Positions 43,000 to 51,308 of a DNA stretch of 64,000 bases are shown piece by piece. This DNA comes from Dehalococcoidia bacterium. Lineage in GTDB: Bacteria; Chloroflexota; Dehalococcoidia; Tepidiformales; Tepidiformaceae. Position 1 is the stretch's first letter, and every line of letters begins with the position of its first letter. A program made the position numbers and the translations under genes. The notes beneath the pieces are model-generated. The model saw only the letters and a list, made by a program, of their open reading frames with translations, searched no databases and had not been told where the DNA came from. The stretch covers positions 34,184 through 98,183 of the forward strand of contig JAJEIT010000060.1 in the NCBI GenBank assembly GCA_022827945.1, in the 5' to 3' direction.

Positions 43000-43557
43000 C
43001 TACGCCAGGGGTTCCTCCACACCGGGGGGCAGCTCGACCTCGAAGACGTTGAGGGTCGCGGAGACGAGCCCGTAATAGCCAACCGTCCCGACGAGGTCGA
43101 CGAGGCCGGTCTCGCCGAAGGTGTCGAGCGCTTCCTGGTACGTCGCGTCGGAGACGCGGCTGGTCTCGAAGTACTCGGTCACGAGGCGGTGGACGAGGGC
43201 GAGGTCGGGACGGTCGAGCTGAAGCGGGGCGCCCGTGCGGACGGCTTCGACGACGGACTCGGGGATGCCTTCCTGGATAGCGATGCGGGCGTGCGCCCAG
43301 AACTCGAACTGGGCGCGCCAGCGCTTCGCCGTGAGGATGATGGCGAACTCGGAGACATCGCGGGGGAGGGCGGCGCCGAAGCGGCAGTGGGCGCCGAGCT
43401 CCTGGGCGGGGTTCCCGAAACCGGGGCTGTGCAGCCAGACGCCGAACGGCCCGCCGGTCACGCCGGCGTTGGGGCCGCGAGGACCGCTGCGGATGGCTTC
43501 GGCCACGGCGGTCTGGTCGGCGTTCAGGTTCTGCTCGTCGAGGGTGGGGAGGCGCAT
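43000..43557 (-). CDS. Carboxymuconolactone decarboxylase (AhpD-like) family protein
   Basis: The track ORF extends to 43626. ATG at 43557 is preceded by AGGAG and 8 nt. 185 aa, all-helical, with FAIILTAKRWRAQFEFWAHARIAIQEG. Confidence 0.65.
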   Translation of the reverse strand: MRLPTLDEQNLNADQTAVAEAIRSGPRGPNAGVTGGPFGVWLHSPGFGNPAQELGAHCRFGAALPRDVSEFAIILTAKRWRAQFEFWAHARIAIQEGIPESVVEAVRTGAPLQLDRPDLALVHRLVTEYFETSRVSDATYQEALDTFGETGLVDLVGTVGYYGLVSATLNVFEVELPPGVEEPLA

Positions 43558-43664
43558 GGGGGTTGCTCCTGCGGTTGGTGGTGGGGCAAGCAGACGGGAT
43601 CGCTCGCGCGATGTCCAGCGGCACAAGGGGGCCGCTCGCGCGTAGGATCGGCGCCGGAGGCATC

Positions 43665-44855
43665 GTGGGCACAGCCAGGCTGCCGCTCGAGGGGATTCGC
43701 GCGCTCGACCTGACGCGGGCGAGGGCGGGGCCGACGTGCGCCCGTCAGCTCGCGGACTGGGGCGCGGACGTGATCAAGATCGAGCTGCCCCCACGGCCGG
43801 GGGGCGGGGACGGGATCACGGGGGAGCGGCACGGCTTCGACTTCCAGAACCTGCACCGCAACAAGCGCAGCCTCACGCTGAACCTGAAGGCGGATGCGGG
43901 CCGCGACATCTTCATGCAGCTTGCGAAGGACGTCGACGTGGTCGTCGAGAACTACCGACCGGGGGTGAAGCATCGGCTCGGAATCGACTACGAAGCGGTT
44001 CGCGAAGTGAACCCGCGCATCGTGTACGGGAGCATCAGCGGATTCGGGCAGTCGGGGCCGTACCGGGACCGGCCGGGGGTCGACCAGATCGCACAGGGAC
44101 TGGGCGGGTTGATGTCGATTACGGGACTGCCGGGGCAGGGGCCGGTGCGGGTGGGCATCCCCATCGCGGACCTGACGGCGGGGATGCTGCTGGCGCAGGG
44201 AGTCCTGCTGGCGCTGTTCGAGCGGGAGCGGTCGGGCGAGGGGCAGTGGGTGCACACCTCGCTGCTGGAGGCGCAGATCCAGATGCTGGACTTCCAGGCG
44301 GCACGGTGGCTGATCTCGCAGGAGGTGGCGCCCCAGGCGGGGAACGACCACCCCACGAGCATTCCCACGGGCGTCTTCCCGACGGCGGACGGGCACATCA
44401 ACATCGCGGCCTCGGGGGGCATCCTCTGGCAGCGGCTCTGCCAGACCCTCGGGCTGGAGGCGCTGCTCGACGACCCGGACTACGCGGACAACGAGCTGCG
44501 ATCGAAGAACCGGAAGGCGTTGAACGCGCGCATCTCGGAGGTGACGCCCTCCCGCACGAGCGCGGAGTGGATCGACGTGCTGAACGAGGCAGGGGTTCCC
44601 TGCGGGCCGATCAACACGATCGACGCGACGTTCGCGGACCCACAGGTGCAGGCGCTGGGCATCGCCCGGCCGATGCCTCGTCCGCAGCTGGGCGACACGC
44701 ACGTGGTGGGGCAGGCGATCAACCTCGCGCGAACGCCGCAGCCGCCAAGCCACCGAGCGACACCTGAACTGGGCGAGCACACCGACGAAATCCTGGGCAG
44801 CCTCGGGCTGGACGGCGACGCCATCCGGGAGCTGCGCGAGAACGGCGTCATCTAG
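43665..44855 (+). CDS. Family III CoA-transferase (CaiB/BaiF family), copy 2
   Basis: The track ORF starts at 43563. GTG at 43665 is preceded by GGAGG and 4 nt, which aligns the N-terminus with copy 1 (..LEGIRALDLTRARAGPTCARQLADWGADVIKIE). Confidence 0.88.
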   Translation: MGTARLPLEGIRALDLTRARAGPTCARQLADWGADVIKIELPPRPGGGDGITGERHGFDFQNLHRNKRSLTLNLKADAGRDIFMQLAKDVDVVVENYRPGVKHRLGIDYEAVREVNPRIVYGSISGFGQSGPYRDRPGVDQIAQGLGGLMSITGLPGQGPVRVGIPIADLTAGMLLAQGVLLALFERERSGEGQWVHTSLLEAQIQMLDFQAARWLISQEVAPQAGNDHPTSIPTGVFPTADGHINIAASGGILWQRLCQTLGLEALLDDPDYADNELRSKNRKALNARISEVTPSRTSAEWIDVLNEAGVPCGPINTIDATFADPQVQALGIARPMPRPQLGDTHVVGQAINLARTPQPPSHRATPELGEHTDEILGSLGLDGDAIRELRENGVI

Positions 44856-44875
44856 GCGCGAACGGGAGAGACCGC

Positions 44876-45676
44876 ATGGAGCTGGAACTGAAGACGGACA
44901 AGATGATCGCCCGCAAGGAAGGTGGCGTCGGCTGGATGTTCTTCAATAATCCGGCGCGCCGGAACGCACTCAGCATCGAGATGCAGGAGGCGGTCCCGGT
45001 CATCCTGCACGACTTCCGGGACGACCCGGACGTGCGGGTGGTGGTGATGGCGGGGACGGGCGACAAGGCGTTCGTCTCGGGGGCCGACATCTCGGAGTTC
45101 GAGAAGCGGCGGTCGGACCCCGAGTCGATCGAGAAGTTCAACGCCATCGGCGCGGCCGCGAATGCGGCCTACGGGGAGCTGGGGAAGCCGCTGATCGCGA
45201 TGATCCGCGGGTTCTGCATGGGTGGAGGCCTGCTGACGGCGCTGCAGGCAGATATCCGGGTGGCGGCGGAGGGCTCGCAGTTCGGCATCCCGGCGGCGCG
45301 GCTCGGGCTGGGGTACGGCTTCGGCGGGACGCACAAGCTGGTCGAGACGGTGGGCGCGGCGGCAGCGCGGGAGATCCTGTTCACGGGCGGGCGCTTTCCC
45401 GCCGAAGACGCGGAGCGCTGGGGACTCATCAACCGGGTGGTGCCGGTCGAGGAGCTCGAGCCGGCGGTGAGACGCATCGCGGACGCCATCGCGGAGAACG
45501 CGCCGCTCACGGTGAACCTGCTGCGAGCCTCGATCGTGGAGGCGACGAAGGAGCCGGAGGAGCGCGACCTCGACAGCATCGAGTCGATGGTGGAGGCGTG
45601 CTTCGCGAGCGAGGACTACGTCGAGGGGCGGCGGGCGTTCATGGAGAAACGGCGGCCCGCGTTCCGGGGCCAGTAG
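44876..45676 (+). CDS. Enoyl-CoA hydratase/isomerase (crotonase) family protein
   Basis: 266 aa with VVVMAGTGDKAFVSGADISEF and MIRGFCMGGGLLTALQADIRVAAE (oxyanion hole regions). Confidence 0.88.
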   Translation: MELELKTDKMIARKEGGVGWMFFNNPARRNALSIEMQEAVPVILHDFRDDPDVRVVVMAGTGDKAFVSGADISEFEKRRSDPESIEKFNAIGAAANAAYGELGKPLIAMIRGFCMGGGLLTALQADIRVAAEGSQFGIPAARLGLGYGFGGTHKLVETVGAAAAREILFTGGRFPAEDAERWGLINRVVPVEELEPAVRRIADAIAENAPLTVNLLRASIVEATKEPEERDLDSIESMVEACFASEDYVEGRRAFMEKRRPAFRGQ

Positions 45677-45680
45677 CGGC

Positions 45681-46541
45681 GTGGCCCGGCGGCGTCTGCG
45701 GGAGCTGCTGGAGACGCGCGCGCCCGTGTTCGCGCCGGTCTGCCTGGACCCGCTGACGGCGCGCACGCTGGAGGCGCAGGGCTACGACGCGGCGTACCTG
45801 AGCGGGGGCGCACTCGGCTTCCAGCTCGCCGTCTCGGAGGCGCTGCTGACGGTGACGGAAATGGCGGAGACGGCGCGGCGCATCACAGCGCGGTCGGGAA
45901 TCGCGCTGATCGTCGACGGAGGCGTGGGGTTCGGCGACGCGGTCCACACGAGCCGCACGGTGGCCGAGATCGAGGCGACGGGAGCGGCGGCGATCGAGCT
46001 TGAGGACCAGGTGGCGCCGAAGCGGGCGCATCACCACAAGGGAGTCGAGCACCTGGTCTCGCTGGAGGAGATGGTGGGGAAGCTGGAGGCGGCGGTGGCG
46101 ACGCGGCGCGACCCGGACTTCCTCATCGTCGCCCGCACGGGCGCCGTGCGGAACGAGTCGTACGAGGCGGCGGTGGAGCGGGGACGGGCGTACCGGGCGG
46201 CGGGGGCCGACCTCGTGATGCTGCGCCCGGACACGGCCGAGCAGTGGCAGGACGCGGTGACGGCGATCGACGCGCCTCTCGCGGCAATGGCGTCGTTCGG
46301 GAGCCGCACACGGGCGGAGTGGAACGCACTGGGGTGGCCGCTGGTGATCGACCCGTTCACGGGGCAGGTGGCGGGGTGGCTGGCGGCCCGGGAGGCCTCG
46401 CGGCACTTCCTCGATGAGGGGGTGAGCGGGGAGGACGAGGGTGCCATCGCGGCGGGATACGAGGCGATCAAACAGGCAGCCGGCATGGACGACTGGTATG
46501 ACATCGAGGAGCGCACAACCGAGAAGGGAGCAACGGTATGA
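45681..46541 (+). CDS. Isocitrate lyase/PEP mutase superfamily protein (methylisocitrate lyase / oxaloacetate decarboxylase-like)
   Basis: 286 aa with APVCLDPLTARTLEAQGYDAAYLSGGA, IVDGGVGFGD, AAAIELEDQVAPKR. GTG start 4 nt after the crotonase stop. Confidence 0.78.
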   Translation: MARRRLRELLETRAPVFAPVCLDPLTARTLEAQGYDAAYLSGGALGFQLAVSEALLTVTEMAETARRITARSGIALIVDGGVGFGDAVHTSRTVAEIEATGAAAIELEDQVAPKRAHHHKGVEHLVSLEEMVGKLEAAVATRRDPDFLIVARTGAVRNESYEAAVERGRAYRAAGADLVMLRPDTAEQWQDAVTAIDAPLAAMASFGSRTRAEWNALGWPLVIDPFTGQVAGWLAAREASRHFLDEGVSGEDEGAIAAGYEAIKQAAGMDDWYDIEERTTEKGATV

Positions 46542-47026
46542 GTTCGAGCGACGGCGGGAACTTCGTCTTCGAGGGGCGCGGGGAGCGCGAGATCGTGATG
46601 GGGTACAGCTTCGATGCGCCGCCCGAGCGGGTGTTCGAGGTCTGGAACGACACGTCGGGGATGGGGAACTGGTACGGCCCGGAAGGGCACACGCTGATCG
46701 TGGCGGAGCAGGATTTGCGGGTGGGGGGCGCCTGGCGATACGGGACGCGGGACGCATCGGGGGAGGAGACGGTCCTGTACGGCATCTTCCAGGAGATCGA
46801 GCCGGGCGCCCGCATGGTCAATACGGAGATCTTTGCGGGGATGCCGGACTTCGAAACGGTCGTGACCTGCACCTTCGAGGCGGAAGGCGAGGGAACCCGC
46901 ATGACATCGGTCGTGCTGCACCCGGTGTCGGAGTCACGCGACGGGGCCATGGCCTCGGGCATGGGGGACGGCGTCCGTCAGACGTTCGAGCGGTTCGCGG
47001 CCCACCTGGCGGCGACAGCGGAGTGA
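46538..47026 (+). CDS. SRPBCC-fold protein (Aha1/AHSA1-like)
   Basis: 162 aa. ATGA overlap with the upstream gene. Blocks FDAPPERVFEVWND...WYGPEG...GGAWRY...GIFQEIEPGARMV. Confidence 0.75.
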   Translation: MSSSDGGNFVFEGRGEREIVMGYSFDAPPERVFEVWNDTSGMGNWYGPEGHTLIVAEQDLRVGGAWRYGTRDASGEETVLYGIFQEIEPGARMVNTEIFAGMPDFETVVTCTFEAEGEGTRMTSVVLHPVSESRDGAMASGMGDGVRQTFERFAAHLAATAE

Positions 47027-47739
47027 GCTACCCTCGGGCGCTGGCGGTACCCCTCGACGTGGCGGTCGACGCGGGGGAGGACGGGGAGTGGGTGGCGTGG
47101 CGGGTGCGGGCGCCGGGAAACATCGACTACGGATTCGCGCGGGGCGAACGGCCGGAGGGCTGCCTCAAGGCGTTCCTGGCGCTGCAGGAAGCGCCGCTGG
47201 CCGAGTTCGCGGGGTTCGTGCGGCGGTGGGGGGTGCTCGGCATCTGCGCGGCGCACGAGCTGCCCGGCGCACACGCAGCCTGCGCGCCACGTGACGGGGA
47301 GTCTGCGAACGACCTGTTCCCGCGCACCTCGCTGACGGAGGGGTGGACGGTGCCCCTGCGGCTCTACCGCGAGCCGGCGGGGGCGTGGCGGGAGCTGGCG
47401 GGCAGGCTCGCGGCGGCGGTTCGGGTGGGGCGGGCCCTGCGGGCGAACGAGGCGGGGGACGGAGCGGACCTCGCGCGGCTGTTCGGGGACGAGGCGGCGG
47501 GGTTGGCGGAGTCGGCGCGGGCAGTGGGGGAGCAGCGCGTGCGGCTGGGGGAACTGGTGGACGGGTGGCTGGCGGAGGCGGGGGTGCGGCCGGTGGTCGC
47601 GTGGCCGTTCGTCGCGGAGGCCCCGGAGCTGGCGGTGGGAGCAGGAGAGCCGGGCGAAGGCGCGGAATTCGCGTGGCCAGCGCGGTCGCTCTACCCGGAG
47701 CTGCTCACGCAGGTCGTGCGGGAGCTGGCAGGAATCTAG
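47023..47739 (+). CDS. Hypothetical protein, no family recognised
   Basis: The in-frame GTG at 47023 overlaps the SRPBCC stop (GTGA). 238 aa. G/C third positions are strongly preferred, like neighbouring genes. The protein is acidic and Trp/Ala-rich (…FVRRWGVLGICAAHELPGAHAACAP…). The track lists it only as the tail of composite ORF 46441..47739. Confidence 0.5.
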   Translation: MSYPRALAVPLDVAVDAGEDGEWVAWRVRAPGNIDYGFARGERPEGCLKAFLALQEAPLAEFAGFVRRWGVLGICAAHELPGAHAACAPRDGESANDLFPRTSLTEGWTVPLRLYREPAGAWRELAGRLAAAVRVGRALRANEAGDGADLARLFGDEAAGLAESARAVGEQRVRLGELVDGWLAEAGVRPVVAWPFVAEAPELAVGAGEPGEGAEFAWPARSLYPELLTQVVRELAGI

Positions 47740-47751
47740 GGAACCGCTCTC

Positions 47752-49476
47752 TCACTCGGGCAGGACACAGAGCTCCAGGGCGGAGGGGTGGTCCTCGTCG
47801 TGCAGAACGTACTGGAGGGCGGGCCAGATCTCCGTCTCGGTCGCGAGGGGGCCGCCGGTGTTCGGGTTGGCGTCGAAGCGGGGGAAGTTCGAGGACGACA
47901 CTTCGAGGCGGATGCGGTGGCCGGGTCCGAAGGCGATGGCGGTGCTGGCGAGGTCGACCTCGTAGCGGACCGGTTCTCCCTCGGGGACGGGGCTGGGCTC
48001 GCTGAGCGAGTCGCGGAAGCGCGCGCGGATGATGCCGTCGCAGACGGAGACGGGCGTGCCGTCGGGCTGGACATCGACGAGCTTCGCGGTGAAGTCGGTG
48101 TCGGGGGCGTCGGTGACGGTCCAGAGGACGACCTTCACGGGCCCCGCGACCACGCAGGGGCGGTCGAGGGGCTCGCTGGTGTAGCAGAGCACGTCGTCGC
48201 GGGCCTCGACGCGGGACTGGTCGCGGGGACCGGGGAGGCCGATGGCGGAGTGGAGGGTGGGGCCGCCCTCGCTGGGGACGGGGCGGAGGGGGTCGTAGAA
48301 GTAGCGGTCGGGAACCTGGTCGCCAGCGGGAGCGGCGGTGGAGAGCGAACCGTCGCCGCGGGTGCTGTTAGCGTTGCCGTCGCTGTGCAGGTACCAGCTC
48401 ACGGTCTCGGCCCCGGCGGGCGGCCACTGATTGGCCGTGCGCCACTCGTTCGCGCCCATGAGGAAGTAGCGGACGGCTGGAAGCTCACTGTCGACGCCCT
48501 TCAGGTGGCGGTCGAGGAAGCGGTTGTAGTCGAGGACGGCGCCGGACATGGCGGCCGCGGCGGTGGGGCCGAAGTCGCGCTCGCCGAGGTAGCGGTCGTA
48601 GTAGGCATGGGACCAGGGGCCCATGAGGAGGTGGTGGTCAACCGGGGAGGCGGCGCTCATGCCGCGGAAGTTGCGGACCGTTCCGATACCGAAGATGTCG
48701 AACCAGCCGCCCACGTGGTACATCGGGATCTCGTAGCGGGAGTAGTCGTCGGAGTGGCGGAGGGCCTCCCAGTAGTCGTCGCGGCTGGCGTGGCCGATCC
48801 AGTCGCGCCACCAGGGGGCGAGGGCGGGCTGGGAGAGGCCGGGCATGGCGGCGAGGGGTCGCGTGCGGGCGGTCTCGTGGGGGTTGAGGAGCGCTTCCCC
48901 GGCAGTGGCGAAGTGTTCGGCGGCGATGCCGCGGTCGCGGCCAAGGGCCAGGGCGGCGGCAAGGCCGAGTCCCCAGAAGGTCGCGAACCCGAGCTGGAGC
49001 GCGCCGCCCTGGTAGGTCCAGCCGTCGTAGTAGTCGTCGGCGGTGATGATGGGAATGGCGCACTTGAGCGAGGGCGGCTTGGCCTTCGCGGCGAGGAGGG
49101 TCGTCGCGCCGACGTAGGAGGGTCCGTAGATAGCCACGACGCCGTCGCACCAGGGCTGCGCGGCGAGCCACTCGACGGAGTCGTAGCCGTCGTCAGCCTC
49201 GTTCACGAAGGGGTCGAACTCACCCTCGGAGGAGAAGCGGCCGCGCACGTCCTGCACGGCCACCGCGTAGCCGCGCTCGGCGAGCTTGAGGGCGGAGGGC
49301 ATGATGGGAAGGGCGGCTGCCGCGAACACCTCCTTGTCGTAGGGGGTGCGCGTGATGATGCCGGGGACGGGGTCGCCGTCGGCGGGGCGGAAGATGTCGG
49401 CGTAGGTGACCACACCGTCGCGGAGGGGGATGGGGATGTTCTTCTCGACGAGGACGCGCGAGACGGTCGGTGACAT
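47752..49476 (-). CDS. CocE/NonD family hydrolase, copy 2
   Basis: The track ORF extends to 49500. ATG at 49476 aligns the N-terminus with copy 1 (13 residues before IPIPLRDGV). Blocks TPYDK and GPSYVG, with a C-terminus SSSNFPRFDANPNTG. Confidence 0.88.
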   Translation of the reverse strand: MSPTVSRVLVEKNIPIPLRDGVVTYADIFRPADGDPVPGIITRTPYDKEVFAAAALPIMPSALKLAERGYAVAVQDVRGRFSSEGEFDPFVNEADDGYDSVEWLAAQPWCDGVVAIYGPSYVGATTLLAAKAKPPSLKCAIPIITADDYYDGWTYQGGALQLGFATFWGLGLAAALALGRDRGIAAEHFATAGEALLNPHETARTRPLAAMPGLSQPALAPWWRDWIGHASRDDYWEALRHSDDYSRYEIPMYHVGGWFDIFGIGTVRNFRGMSAASPVDHHLLMGPWSHAYYDRYLGERDFGPTAAAAMSGAVLDYNRFLDRHLKGVDSELPAVRYFLMGANEWRTANQWPPAGAETVSWYLHSDGNANSTRGDGSLSTAAPAGDQVPDRYFYDPLRPVPSEGGPTLHSAIGLPGPRDQSRVEARDDVLCYTSEPLDRPCVVAGPVKVVLWTVTDAPDTDFTAKLVDVQPDGTPVSVCDGIIRARFRDSLSEPSPVPEGEPVRYEVDLASTAIAFGPGHRIRLEVSSSNFPRFDANPNTGGPLATETEIWPALQYVLHDEDHPSALELCVLPE

Positions 49477-49518
49477 CGGCGGCTGGCCTCCCGGCGGCAT
49501 CGTACGCGGGGGGCGGGG

Positions 49519-50466
49519 TCAGGCGGGGACGGGAGCGGCGGGGTCGAGCAGGCCGGCGTCCTTCAGCTCGGCCCAGAGGGCGGCGGGAATCGGGGCTTCG
49601 ACCATGCGGGCGTTCTCCTCGACCTCGGACACGGAGGCGGCGCCGGGGATGACGGCAGCGACGGCGGGGTGGGCGAGGATGAACTGGAGGGCGGCAGCCT
49701 TGAGGGGCACGCCGTGACGGTCGCAGACGACCTTGATGGCGCGGGCCCTGTCGAGCATCGCGGGGGGCGCCGTGCGGTAGTTGTAGTTGGCGGTGTCGTC
49801 GAGGTTCGACGCGAGGATGCCGCTGTTGTAGGGACCGCCGGCGATGACGCTGATGCCGTTCGCCTCGCAATAGGGGAGGAACTCGGCGAGGGCAGTCTGC
49901 TCGAGGAGGGTGTAGCGCCCGGCGAGGAGGAAGCAGTCGAGCGGGAGCTCACGGGCGAAGCGCAGCTCCAGCTCCCACTGGTTCATGCCGGCGCCGATGG
50001 CGCCCACGAGTCCCTGCTCGCGCAGCTCGATGAGGGCGAGGAAAGCCTCGCGGATAGCCTGGTCGGCGTGGTCGTCGGGGTCGTGGACGAGGAGGATGTC
50101 GACTCGGTCGAGGCCGAGGCGCTGGAGGCTGGTCTCGAAGGAGCGCAGGACGCCATCGCGGCTGAAGTCGAAGTGCCAGGGTTCGGAACCGCCGACATCT
50201 TCCTGGAGGAGGCGGCCGACCTTCGTCGAGAGGACGAATTCGGAGCGGTCGAGGCGGGACAGCGGGCCGCCATAGCGGCGCTCGCTCTCGCCGAGGCCGT
50301 ACATGGGGGCGGTGTCGAAGTAGCGAACGCCGGTCTCGTAGGCGCGGTCAATGAGCGCCTCGGCCTCGGAGCGCGGTGCGTCGCGAGCAAGGAAGACGCC
50401 GCCGAGCCCCAGGCAGGTGACGCTCAGGGAAGTGCGGCCGATGGGGCGGGTGTCGGTGGCCTTCAC
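49519..50466 (-). CDS. Aldo/keto reductase
   Basis: The track ORF extends to 50688. GTG at 50466 gives VKATDTRPIGRTSLSVTCLGLGG..., then YFDTAPMYG and DILLVHDPD. 315 aa. Confidence 0.82.
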   Translation of the reverse strand: MKATDTRPIGRTSLSVTCLGLGGVFLARDAPRSEAEALIDRAYETGVRYFDTAPMYGLGESERRYGGPLSRLDRSEFVLSTKVGRLLQEDVGGSEPWHFDFSRDGVLRSFETSLQRLGLDRVDILLVHDPDDHADQAIREAFLALIELREQGLVGAIGAGMNQWELELRFARELPLDCFLLAGRYTLLEQTALAEFLPYCEANGISVIAGGPYNSGILASNLDDTANYNYRTAPPAMLDRARAIKVVCDRHGVPLKAAALQFILAHPAVAAVIPGAASVSEVEENARMVEAPIPAALWAELKDAGLLDPAAPVPA

Positions 50467-50486
50467 GCCGGGGATGATAGCGGGCG

Positions 50487-51308
50487 CTACGCGGGCTTGC
50501 GTGCGCGGAGCGAGTACATGAGGGGGATGCTCTCGCGCCGGCCCGGAAGCACGAACGTCCCGGGGATATCGCCGGGCTCCATCCAGGGGAAGGCCTTCCA
50601 GCAGAGGTAGTCGAACTCGTGCAGGAACTCGATGGCGAGACCGGCTCCGGCGATCGCGGTCACGATCGAGCCCATGCTGTGCGACCACTCATAGGTCTCG
50701 TTCTCGGTGGTCTCGGCGGTGGGGTCGGCGTAGGTGCCCGGGTCATCCCAGCGGTCGGGCTCGGGGCCGTGGAAGTAGGGATAGCGCACGGACAGGCCGC
50801 TCTCGGCCTCGTCGTCGAAGACATGGGCGAAGGGGTGGCCTTCCCGAAGGTAGAGGACGCCGCCGGGCTTGAGCAGGGCAGCGACGGTCTCGGCCCAGCG
50901 GGTCAGGTCGGGGAGCCAGACGAGAACGCCGCGGCTGGTGTAGACGACATCGAAGGTGCGCCCGCCGAGGGCCGCGACGGCGTCGTAGACGTTGGCCTCG
51001 ACGAAATCGGCGGCGATGCCGGCCTCGGCGGCAAGCTCGCGGGCGGCCTCGACGGCGGGGGCCGAGAAGTCGAGGCCGGTTACGGTTGCGCCGAGGCGGG
51101 CCCAGCAGAGGGTGTCCATGCCGAAGTGGCACTGGAGATGGAGGAGCGACTTGCCGGCAACATCGCCCAGCTCATCCGGCTCGTCGGGCTCCAGCGACGT
51201 CTTGCCGGCGAGGAACCCGGGGACGTCGTAGAAGGCGGAGCGGCGGTGGATGGGGACGCGCTCGTCCCAATTGCGGCGGTTCGCCTCGAACCAGGTTTCG
51301 GCGCTCAC
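50487..51308 (-). CDS. Class I SAM-dependent methyltransferase
   Basis: 273 aa. GTG start overlaps the P450 stop (GTGA). The SAM-binding region is SLLHLQCHFGMDTLCWARLGATVTGLDFS. Confidence 0.72.
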   Translation of the reverse strand: MSAETWFEANRRNWDERVPIHRRSAFYDVPGFLAGKTSLEPDEPDELGDVAGKSLLHLQCHFGMDTLCWARLGATVTGLDFSAPAVEAARELAAEAGIAADFVEANVYDAVAALGGRTFDVVYTSRGVLVWLPDLTRWAETVAALLKPGGVLYLREGHPFAHVFDDEAESGLSVRYPYFHGPEPDRWDDPGTYADPTAETTENETYEWSHSMGSIVTAIAGAGLAIEFLHEFDYLCWKAFPWMEPGDIPGTFVLPGRRESIPLMYSLRARKPA

